NCBI GenBank assembly: GCA_036172245.1
Contig: JAYWIR010000019.1
Location: 744,001-808,000 of the forward strand
Direction of reading: 5' to 3'
Source of the DNA: Raillietiella orientalis
Taxonomy: Eukaryota
DNA: 64,000 nucleotides
The notes beneath the pieces were generated by a model. It was not told the DNA's origin. It made no database searches and was given only the letters and a program-made list of their open reading frames with translations. The first letter of the stretch is position 1, and the number at the start of each line of letters is the position of its first letter. Made by a program: the position numbers and the translations under genes. Below are positions 40,046-52,070 of this stretch, piece after piece.

Positions 40046-43000
40046 TCATTCGCTATAGTGACCATTGCCGCTTCTTTGAAAAGCGAAATAGAGAATGATG
40101 CATTGCAATGCAGTTATCATGGCCAAAACTGAAATTCCCAGATATCCCAGTTCACTTACGGGGTGTTCGGGCAAACACTCTTGGCGTTTACCCTGAGTCA
40201 GCACGTGATTCTTAGGGCCCTTTGGTTTCGGTTTTTTCTTTTTCTCGATAGCTTGCTTAGTCCTCTCTGCATTCTTCAGCATGTCCACTACTGATTTTAG
40301 GGACGTCTCTTCCGTACAGTAAGTGGGCAGTGAGAGTTCCGATCGGCTGGACTTGTTGTCACTGTTCTTTCTGGACGTATTTGGGAAGTGGAAAGCAATT
40401 ATGGAAGTGGCACTGTGCTTCCTCCCTGAGCTTTCTGTTTCTGGATTGGCAGTTCTAATTATCGCGTCCCTCATGTCTACATTGTCTGAATGTGATCGAG
40501 CACCAGTAACACTAATCAGTGTAGTCAGTTTCGTAGCCCACTATTAGAAAAGAACCTCTTTCACATATTTTCGGATCTTCAAATATTGGGAGAAAAGAGA
40601 CACCAAATGGATGTCACCGAAAATTCACTCAAAATTTCTGTATCTTTTTTAATTACAGAATTCCAGGATGTGAACCGTGACCATCACATTCCTGACGAAA
40701 TATTTATTGCCATAGCAAATGACTGATATAAAAAGGTATCCAAAATGCCCCCCCCCCCAAAAAAAAATACAACTGGAGAAAACATGTTGCCTGGTGACAG
40801 AGCAATTAGATTGTAGCTATGCATCAGATCACAAACCGCAAGACCGCTTCTTTGCGATGCGTTCCCGCCTCAATTCAAAACGCAGTTGCCAGTACCATCC
40901 ATCCTTTCGTTGTCTTAAAGAGAGCATCGTTGCAGATGTAACTCCTCCCCCAGTTTACATTGGCCTCACGCTTCACAGCATCGAAGGTTATGAATTCCTT
41001 TTATGCAAACATGGCTAGTAAATCTAAGAATATTCGCAAGCATGGGAAATGTGAATATTTGTGAAAATGAGAAGGAGCGTTATGAAAACAGCAAGCGAGA
41101 AACTAGAAGCTTACTTTAGCGAATGGAAATCACTTCTCCCATACCGAATTAGGGTAACCTGTTTGAATCCCGGCAATAGGTCAGAGAACAGGTACGGTCG
41201 TATTGTCAAATACAACTCCCTGGAAAAAAAAAACGAACAAATAACACGAGCACCATTAGTTTATTTCATGTTCATCTCGTGATGTAGACAGTTTACTTTA
41301 CTCACCAACAGCGTAAGCTTCGTTTTACTGCTGAGCTTCCTTTTAATAAAATTTCGATTTTGCATCCTAGTAAGGAACCTTATAAAATACAAGAGATCCA
41401 TCTTAGGACTTGCATTTTGGCCTGGATGTACTTTTGAGATGCCTTTCTCGGACAATAACAGCTTCGTCGTGCTTTTTGCGCTCCTATAAAAATTTCTTTC
41501 ACCGGGTCGTAACGACGAGTGACTTCGAGGCTTTACATTGAATTACTCTAGACGGAGCTTACCGCAAGTCGCACTCCCTCTCGATTCTGAGGACTGCACT
41601 CAACAAGTCCACCTTCAATGTCAACTCAAAAACAGGCTGAGATTTAGCCGACCTTAGAAATTTCGAAAACTTTTTTTTTTTTCTTTTTTTACCATATTGA
41701 AGAATGGTAACAGGATACAATGGTAGCAGCTTTCTTAATGTGCATTCTAACGCCACTCGTTTCCGAAGGGAGGGACCAATTTATGCCACTATAGAACAGG
41801 GATCATCACAGGACTACTAAAGACCTTCTCGTGTAATGCAATTCAGTTTGTTCAGTCGAATATGAACAATCTTTAAATATGAACTTTGAATTTTTCACCC
41901 ACATAAAGGGAGACTCACTAATGTAATGCTGACCGTGTGACAGGAGAGCAATCTTAAATAGGGAAACTTTGCATTCTGCTGCTTTATACGATCAAAAAGA
42001 AATCACACAGGCAAATCTGTTCCTCCTCGCCAACAAAGAATAAAACTGATTTCGAAGGATTCGTGCCTTCAGAACTGAAGAAACCCTGAAGCATGCGTAG
42101 TTTCACCAAATACTTTGTGAAAATTGAGGATTACGATTCCCAGCAAAAACAATCTCCTTTTTCATGTGAAACGGAATCGCGTCTTGGGAACCATGCAGCG
42201 GAAGCAACGATTATGTAATCCTCACTGGAAATCTTGGCAATGCTATGCGGCCTTCACTTGCCAATTTCTGATTTTTGCATCGCAAAGCAGCGCACCAAAA
42301 CTTGAGAGAGCTCCGACCTATATCGCTAGTAGATATTTCAACCTTTAAATATTGTCATTTGGAGCTCACGTCCAATTTTAACCGTAATCATTTTCATGAT
42401 TCCCTACGGAGGGCCCTTTTCTGCTGGCTGACTTTCACGGTGCTCAGGAATGCATCAGAGATGAAGACGCAGCGTGGCTCCTAACCACGTGTCAGTTCAC
42501 AACGAATTATCACAACTTAATCCGTTGCGGAATAGTCGTTGCAGATCATCCCTCACCTTACGTGATTTATTATCGGAACATACATCTTGCGCAGCTTCTC
42601 TCACAAGCTGTTGTGTGCTACTTTGCCCTTCTCCAGTCATCCGGAGCAACACCAGAACATCTCCGTTCTTTCGATAAACTCTGCACAAACGTCATTCAAC
42701 AGCATACTGTGCGAAGAGAATGCTATTTGCCAGCGGTGAAAACACAAGCCCACTCTTCCGCTCCCTTCAAACTGAAAAGCGCCTTCAATCTAGAAGCAAT
42801 CTTTTCCAAGAGCTGCAACTGTAATTCACTTCTCGACTGCCGTTTTGAAAAAAGAATAAGTAAAGAAAGAAACATTGCTACACGATTACTGCGTTATCAA
42901 ACAGCCTTCGAAAATTGGACTTTTTAAACCACTGGTAGCTGAATGGTGATTTCGGCACATAAGTAAATACCAGAGGGATGCTGTACACATCTCTGCCGAT

Positions 43001-44471
43001 TGTTCGCTTTGCTGCATTGTTGAACAACCTGTTGAAGGCATCTCATGTTAGACTCGAACACATCTGGTACTGTTCCAAAATGTCTCCCTCCTCTCAGTTC
43101 ATTGTACGGATTCCTTTCGAAAATGCAGTCACTGCTTACTCGTGGGGCCTGGAGGGCTTTTCTTTTGCTTTCTTTCTTTTTTATCAGTCTGCTTATTCAG
43201 AGACGTACGGTTCAATAATTATTCAGCAGCTGCTTCGTATGAGTCCCAAGTTTTTATCCATTCTGTACTAACAAAACTCATGGCGTTTTGAATGTACCCT
43301 CATTTCGTTTACAAGAAGGCATAAACGGAAACGAATAAGAATAAATAACACAAACTGATCGATTGGCACAATTACATTCCAAAACAGAATGGAATGTGAT
43401 TTGCTTTTAACAGGCATAAAAAGAAGATATAACGAAAATTTTAATGTAAATAATAAGCAAAATTAGTAACATTACTTTTTTTTTTAAATAAAAAAAAAGA
43501 TATCGAAAACCACTATATTCATACGGTCAGATCATGGAACTTTTCTTCTTAACCCTGATTTGGATACTGCAAAGACAAAACAAAACAATACAAAATAATG
43601 CACTCAAGGTGACTTTATGTTGATTTACCTGGACCAGAAACTTTCCATCTCGCCAAGAACAATTTCAATCCTGCATCTAACTTCTCTGCATTATAATCTA
43701 ATTTTGATCGTCAACTTACACATGAACAGAAAATGCAAACATACGTGTTTTCATAGCTGTCTTAAATTTGGATTCAGCATACCTTCAGATACAACTATTC
43801 TTCCTGTTTTACGGCTAAAATTATATCTGCATTTTCATGGACAGTTCAAAAATATTTACATACTGATTTACTGTAGGGAATCATTCTTTTTCCTCCTCAG
43901 CGCACTCTTTAGGAATCGACAACACATTTTTCTTTTGGAATTCACAAACGATACGCACGTTTGTAAGTTGGGCGTGGGTTGAACTTTACTAAATAGGTAG
44001 ATTCCTAATATCTTCCAGATTGGAAACCTCTTCATGTGGAAACATGTAAAAAGCATCATGACCTGTAATTCAATGACTCTATAAAGCAAAATGTAATTCA
44101 CGCAAATTTCTCAGCAAGCGAAGAAGGAAAAAAAGAAAAAAAAAAAGCAACGGTAGTGTGGGCACACTGACTACGTCAAACATCCGAATACAACAGGCTT
44201 CGCTTTATTTAGGCAATTGCTGTTTTTCCCCCTATTAAGTAAGGCTAATTCTAATTTACGTCCTATTTTTCGCATCACCGCATGTTAAAGGCATTTATTT
44301 CATAGCGCTGAACTGCATGTTTGTTTGCTCCACCCTTCTCGCAATGATGTGGCTCATCGTGTACTTCCGAGTTTGCACAGGTGTGGGAAACATCATTCTG
44401 ATGATACACGTTTCCAGGTCTTGTGTTTACCCGACGTCGAGGAAAGCAGCACAGAGTTCTTGCGAGCCCAT
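40046..44471 (-). CDS. KRIT1: Divergent, reduced KRIT1/CCM1 (kri-1)-like gene with hydrophobic C-terminal tail; may be partly pseudogenised
   Basis: Collinear small-exon matches to recalled KRIT1 sequence: GHDAFYMFP..SNLEDI and KLDAGLKLFL (N-terminal domain); RVYRKNG..STQQLV..VCSDNKS (compare RIYRMDG..TVQQIM..ICSENLS); EPRCVFISDAFL; LSSFGALLCDAKI (compare IPTYGAAFFTGQI); NPSKSVLFFVG (compare SPSNHKVIPVYVG); YHSSIW (compare YGCFMW). Terminal exon 40046-40540. The 5' end and some junctions are uncertain. Confidence 0.6.
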
Positions 44472-45237
44472 GTCATCTGTGATTTCGCCTAGGCTCACTT
44501 GGTGTAGGCAGAATCATGGTGTGCGCGTAAGGAAACGTCCGGGTATAAATAATCTGCTACATGTCAAAAGTTTACGTAATATGACTCGGAACTCGAAAGC
44601 AAACAAAATTCAGATGTATAATTAGTTACTTCACGGGAAAACAAAGAAAACTCTATCCGGCACTTTTAAAGAACACAGCCTCCAACTTCTTTGGTGTCAT
44701 TACCGTGCCCGCAAGGTAGAACTTGCAAATTATTAATGCAACCACAAAATCTCATGTCCGAGAGAATTTAATTAGACATGCATACAAAACTGGAGACCAC
44801 AGACTCCGCAAAAAAACACGGGCAAAACACATTAATTGAAAGTATGCTTTCCATGTAATTTCTACTATCCAATTGCACTATTTTGTGTTTCAGTTATACT
44901 TGCTAAATAATCAAGAACAAAGTGCTATTGCCATTTATAACACATGTCTGGCTCATTCTTTCTCAAGTAATTCTAACTACGAGGCATAACTTAATTACAA
45001 AAATAATGAACGAAGTGCATGAATTTGCATTGCAGGCAGGGCACTTTGAAATTACTGATAATTATAAACAGTATGAACTTTCCTCCCTTCTTATGGTCAT
45101 TTGCACATCTGTATCTAACTCAATAATGTTCACTTGATTTTACAAGCAACTGCAAAAGTATGGAAACCAGAGTGAACATGTATTCATTATTTACCTGTTT
45201 TATGGGACACATATCCTATTTACAGGCCATTAAATTA

Positions 45238-47252
45238 TCAAGAATAATTTATCCTATGACTCCCTCTGTAGAATGTGTTTGGAGGATATAAAGGGTGTAC
45301 AGGATTAGACTGATGTCTGTTCCAGTGCAGCTGCCTATGATCACTATCAGAAACTTGGCAACCTGATTCCAATGAATGTTCTGAAGATCTCAATGCTTCA
45401 CTTTGTCTTTTCTCTTTCGAGCTTTTGGTAGCAATCTTGCTCTCTGGATGGTTAGGAACTGGAAATGCATGTGAAGGATTGCTAGAAAGCATAAATGATG
45501 AGGGACCACAAGACTTTGAAAACTGAGATCCCAAGAAGCGAGTGTAAGGTGGAATCAATAAAGAAGGCACAGTGCCTGGTTGGGAATTCTTCCAGACAGG
45601 TGGTGGTGGCTTAGAAGTGTCCACTAGAGCAGCAGGTATGGGTGGTAGGGTAGGCAAGGGAGTTGGCATAGACAGAGAATGCTCCTGCTCATCCATGGTA
45701 ATATCCATGTCTGTCGGTCCATGCTCCCTATCAGAATGACTTCCATTTATCCAAGAGCGCTGATCTACATCTGCATGAGCTATCCAATCAGGCTCAGGAG
45801 AAGATGACAGAACTTGTCCTCGCTCATGCTCAGGGGGAGACTGGGGTGTTTCGTGCTCTTCATTCCAAGTAGGTATGCGTGAGGGCAACAAAGTTGGTTG
45901 TCTGCGTTCATCTCTATCCTGAGGAGCAAACCATGAAGTATCAACAGGTGATCTTCGATGCCACGGAGGATCTGTGGGAGTTAAATGGGGTTCTGGATCT
46001 GGTTCCAACTGCAAGGGAGCCCCAATAGTTTTGAAAAGATCCTGAATGCCTCGTATTGCACTGGAAGTTGGCACAGGAGGATCCGGTAATGGGATATTAT
46101 CTAGGGATTCTGGTGGTCGAGGACTTGCCACAAAAGCAGGACCAGGACCACTAGGAAGAGGAGGACTGATCACTTCTTGTGAATCCTCCTCAGGAAGTTG
46201 AATTTCATCATCTGGAGTTGGGGAAGGAGCATTAATATCGGGAGAAGGAACTGGACTGGCATCAGGTAATTCTTGTATCATGGTTTCCAAACGTCTGCGA
46301 AGACTCTTCACACGACTCCCAAAGCCACGGAAGGCCTGCAAGCAATTATATAATCGCTGGCTTACCAAATGTTAAGACCCACATTTGCCACCACTTTGGC
46401 TTCTCCCAGTTGTTTTCCATAAAATACTTTGCTACCTTGCAGCAATTCAATCAGTGCTGTCCGAATTCCAACTTCCTTCTCTAGGGCCATAGTATAAGCC
46501 TGCATATGGGTTACACCTTGTTCAAAGGCTTGCATAGCTGGATCTCCCTGACGGCGATCTGACTTAAAGCTGTACAGCCTGTCCTCACAAAAGTTTACCA
46601 CGCAATTCCTGCCGAAAAGCAGTCAAGCAGCGAAAATCAAAGGCACATGAATTCAGTTGACGTAGTGTGTCATCTGTGTGACACTCCCCTTCCAGACAAG
46701 CTTGGATCTGCTGAATCAATTGCTCAGGGCGAAATTCAATACTGCTACAAGGAGTCTCTGACTTTTCCTCAAGGAGTTGAGATAAACGCCCAACAAAAGA
46801 TTCTTCAAAGACCAACCGCTGATCCCAAACGCGAAAAATACGTTGGATGTTGCACTTCACACGTTCATCTCTGTACAAACTTACGATGTAATTGCAACTA
46901 AGTTACTCATACCATACCTTACAAGAGGAGTGGCCTCAAGTAGAGCCTTCATCCAACTGTCTGCAAAAAGGCGCCCATATTTACGTTTGCTCACTTGGAT
47001 AATGTCATTAGCCAGGTAAAAAAGTCTCAAACGTTGTTGCGCTTTTCCTAAAATAAATGATCCACAATTTTTGTTGGTAAATGCCTGTTTACCTTTTTTA
47101 ATAAGACGCAACCACACATCAATAATTTCCTTATAATGGGTTTTATTGGCTATACACCAGCTACTCAATGTTTGAATGCTATCCTGGGTTTCCTTTAAGG
47201 AACACATCCACTTCTCTAATGCTTTGCGGCTATATGGACCTCCAACACTCAT
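45238..47252 (-). CDS. Regulation of nuclear pre-mRNA domain protein (CID + CREPT-like coiled coil + Pro-rich tail), RPRD2-like, 5 exons
   Basis: CID motifs ETQDSIQTLSSWCI, RLRLFYLANDIIQ, RIFRVWDQR. RPRD-type EAKVVANAFRGFGSRV and SPVPSPDINAPSP. Short GT-AG introns near 47048-47092, 46871-46916, ~46560-46597, ~46336-46382. Confidence 0.88.
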
Positions 47253-50200
47253 CTTCTAACACATTTGCTCACAGATTGCACAACTAGAAGCAACTTGATA
47301 AGCATAACATGCTTCAACATCTAAAATAATTGAAAATCAATCACCACAAACTCATCAGTAATCAAGGAATGAACAGATACATTCAGATATGGCAAACAAG
47401 GGCATGATTAAATCCAAGAATTGCAACAAGATACGACACTGAACTGTTATTCACTGTATTGATGATGCCACTATAATTACGCTTCTTTTATCTGCATCAA
47501 TTGCTAAGCACTGTCTAAAATCCAAGCAAATGTTTTTGCAGTAATAATATGAACAAATTTGAAGTATACTAATTTGAGGCATTCAGACTGCATGTAACTG
47601 ATGCAAAAAAACAATGAACTCCATAAACCTGCTAAGTTCTACATGCACTCTGGTAAAAACATGGGTCATTTTGATCAAATAAATTTCAATGTGGACACTT
47701 TGGGTCACCAGACTAAGAATTTCTGTGAGCTCATAACAAAAATAAAATATTTACATGTCCATTCCTTGGAAGTTGGTTATAATAACAACACTTTGCATAC
47801 TTTCTCAATGCATTCCATACTTTCTTTAAAATACTGCTGCTAAATTGCTCATTAAATATTTTTGCTCAAAATTCATACAAAAGATTTAACTCAAAGTTGT
47901 GATACCTCTAATATTAAACTGCTCGCTTCAACTAAGGGTCTGAATACAATGAGATGTAACCATAAATCACATCCTTTAGACCTCTTAAAGTAGTTCTTGA
48001 CCATTGCCAAACAAAGGTTCTAAATGATGATGACTTTTACATAAAAATCCCCTATATCTAATCAAAAAATAAATGAATGAATCAAGTATGTAACGCATCA
48101 TCAATCAAAGGGAATCCCATTCGAAATCGACAGTAATTTACCTTTTGCAAAATTGATTAACATTTTTCATTCTCTAGGCCCTCAAAGTACTATTCAGAAT
48201 TACAACATCAATATAACCATACACTTGCTTAAAGCAAATATTTTGATACAAAAATTTTAATTCTGGGAGGTTGATCGGACAGCTGATATTCACTTTCACG
48301 GAGAAACGATACGGTGTTTCTACTGCATCTATGGGCAGCTATCAGCAAACAACACATCACACTATTGGAAACAATAGATTAAATGATGGATTAAAGGGTT
48401 TCTCAAATAAAAATTTCTAAAATTCAACAAAACTGGACTTCTGTAAATGGTTCCGTCTAACAGGGGCTGAATCAAATCCCAAACATGATACATGGCCTTA
48501 AGTTTGCAAACATGACTAGCTTAACATGAAGGTACTTTGACATGTCTACTCTAGTTCACAGAATGAATTGCATTTTTCTTCCAAATACCCATTTCTACGT
48601 TCTGACCTTATACCACGCAACTCTTAAACAAGAATCCCTACTGAAAACAAAAAAAATTTAAGATCAACTCTCACACACAAAAACGAGTTCTCATGATAAA
48701 ATTCATTTGTGATAAAGATAATCCCTAATTCCCTAAAATTCCTCACATAAATTTTGAAACATCATCGACAAAAATGACTAATCAAAAATAAAAATTTAAT
48801 ACAATTTTCCATGTTCTTGTGGCATCCTCAAAAACCCCAAATTAATTCCCTTTTATTATCATTAATGAACAATAATTAGCAAAAAGACATTAGTCAAATT
48901 ATCTTAGTTATTAGGTGCAACAGATAACAAAACACTTAGTTTTCAGTTCACTACACCCATGAAAATCACACTGAAGTATACCTTACTTTTATCATTGAGT
49001 AACAACAGTCACAAGCCTCATTGATGCATGACAGATTAAGTTTTGATGATTTGCATTTACAACTAATCACTCATATAATGCGCATAAGTTATCTAAGATA
49101 AATTCACTTTGCTAAAACATGCACTGAAACTTTGCCTTTAAGCACAGAACTTTCCATACTCAAATGCGCTACATCTAAATCGCTGTGTACACGAAAGAAT
49201 TACCAGATTTCGCAAAATTTCATTTCTACGAAAATTTTCATTTTTTAGGAGTATTTTTTTTGCAGTGATTAGTGAAACAGCAGATTTAGATGAAGAATTC
49301 TAATTTTACAGAAAATAGAGAAAGATAAATCTCGTCTTTGATGCAATAATCTATTTTTTTTATTTCCACCCTGTTGGAAACGGGCGGAATTTTTAGTGTA
49401 GCAACTCTAATTACGGTCTCATGGTATTCAAGAAGACCAATTTTCAATATCAGATTAATGTATGCTTTATTCTCATTTCACCACAGAAGTGATTGAAAAA
49501 ATTCTTAATAAAAAAAAATCACGATTGAATGCGAATCGTGAAAACATTACCCAAGGATTCATCATTTCATAAAAGTCTCATTTCATGAGAATCATTAGTA
49601 AAAGTTTTGGTACATAAAAGATGGACATGAATCGAAAACTTGAACTCAAAGTTACCTCGTGAAAACGAGGATGAATTTATCTGAAAGCGGGAAAATGAAG
49701 AGTACCCTCTCTATTTTCCCGCAACATAGGTCTCACAGTATTTGTGTAAGAAATTCGTTAAGGCAGTTTAACAACCAACACAGATCAGTTTCAATTTTAA
49801 ATACTTTTGCTTCAAAACATTTACCGCTCCTTACGAATTTCGTAAAGATATATCTTCCACGATGTTGAAATTGAAATCTCTGAGAGGGAGATGTAAAAAT
49901 CCACTGCACCAAGGACCTACTATATTTCACCATGAAGCCAAAATTACATCTCATGGAATGCACATGCTCGAAATTCGAACTAGAGTTTCCTCATGAAATC
50001 TCGGAACCAGCTATGGTGATGAGACCAGAAAGTCGAAAAAATTTTTACGTTTCGAGTACTTCCACTACATAGCAGAGAATTCGGGAAATCACATTTGTGC
50101 AAACTTTCGCACATTATTTTCTTTGCTACATGTTCAGGTGAGTAGTCTAAGGAATCAGAAAGAGTACCTAGAAACATCAGTTCAAAGCAAATAGGCTAGA

Positions 50201-52070
50201 CAACAGCTAGAGTAGTTTGTTAAAGTAAATTCTCTTTCCTGATTTCTTTAATGCTCCTCCTGGCACACCTTTCACATTATTTTGCCAGTTTTGAACCGCG
50301 AAATTTCCAATAGCTATGAAATCATGTAATGGTGGTTTGCTTTAGTGGTGGAATACTTTGTTTGTGGCTTTACTGGAGTCTGTCTTCACGTTTTCTTCTT
50401 TTGTGATGTGGTTTTGAACCTGTGTTACACTAAATCTTGCTCCAATTTTGTGACCGCGAAAACATATGCTTACCAGCACATTCAGCATAAGCCATCATCT
50501 AATGGTTGGAATCCTTGTGTGTGCTCTGTGCTTGTGTAAGTTCATTAAACCAAGAATCACTTGCCTAGGCTTTATATGCCTTTGCATTTAGGGGGTTACT
50601 TAAAAACGTTGGGTATTCAAAACATCCGAACATTTTGATACTGCTCTTAATCTTAATCAAGGTGCTAATGCCATTATCTCCATGTTGCACGTGACGATAC
50701 CTAGGCGCGCCCTTTGAAAAACACCACTGCCGGCTTAGAAATAGAAATAGCAGAACGCCTCATTTGGTTGCTAATAATACAATTCTTGAATCGGGCAAGA
50801 ATGACAGAGAAGTTATCTAATTAAGCTTGCCAAACTATTTAAATTTTCGAACAGAGGCAAGATTTGTAAGAAGCTGGAACATTCTTGGGAACATAATGTC
50901 CTTGAACCAACTGGTTTCTGTTTCTTTTTCCACATGTCAGAATTAGAAAACCATGATTTCCTCAATCTCTTATAATGAACTAGTCACATAAAGTACTCCA
51001 CGTAAAACCCTATATCTTACATTTGAAATTGAAGCTAAAAAGGCAATGTGTACAGGGAATTTTCGAAAACATATATGACTGCTGCATCCTTGTATGAATA
51101 AGTCATGAAATTTACTGTGCCTATTATGAGCAAATGCTAACTGGTCAGCTGTTGTGAAAATACCCACATTCTTACTGAGATGTGCATACAGTACCATCTT
51201 AGTCAACATAGAGCTTTTTTCTTCTAGGGACCAGCACTTGGGGCATGACTGTTCTGATGCACCTAAAACTGGAAGCATCTTCACATTAGAAATGCATCAG
51301 AATTGAGTCTTCAATGATCAGCAATCAAAATGGTAGCTGATGAATTTTCTGCCTGAAAGACATAATTGGCAGACAAAATTGGTGTTGCTAAGATTTTACA
51401 TGGTGTTGTCAAAAGCTCCATGAAACTACACATCCATCCAACTACAGTTGCAACTTCCATTAGGTAAGGAGGGCAGAAACATCTTTCAGTGTTTTGGCTT
51501 AGAAACAGCAGACTTAAAATTCCAAAGACTTAAAATTTCTTAATTTCCAAAGACTTATAAAACACACAGGTTAGCTACATATATTCTATACTCAGGCTGA
51601 ATTACTGAGAATAAGTCTGGCTAACACTTAAAATTAGCAATTTTCAAGTAAATTCAGTATCTGAAATTCTAAGTACAATCTAAGTACAAGTACAATTTGT
51701 CACTTTGCATCATCTTCGACTTTGATGGGGATATATTTTAGCAGCAAGGTACTGCAAGAGAAATAGCAAGACTTGGAAACCTTTCACAGCACATACGAAA
51801 TATATAAGATACCATCACATTTACTGGAATTCTAGGACCTGAATCTCTCAAATCATGAGTCCCTGCCAAGAATCAGTTACTGCACTGCACAGAATCAATC
51901 TGAAAGTCCATTTCTCACTAAACTCAAACCACAGGCATTTGTGACATACATATTTGAACTAGTCTTTCCAATGCAGCATAGTTCTTCCTTTTATGTCCTG
52001 TATACTTAGATAAGAGTTTTCGGAATATAGATTTAATATAGAATATAGTTTGAAGTGATCAAAGTGCATT

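Noticed and set aside
41109..41184. tRNA-like A box (tagcgaatgg) and B box (gtttgaatccc)
   Set aside because: No cloverleaf can be formed; at most a decayed SINE fragment.
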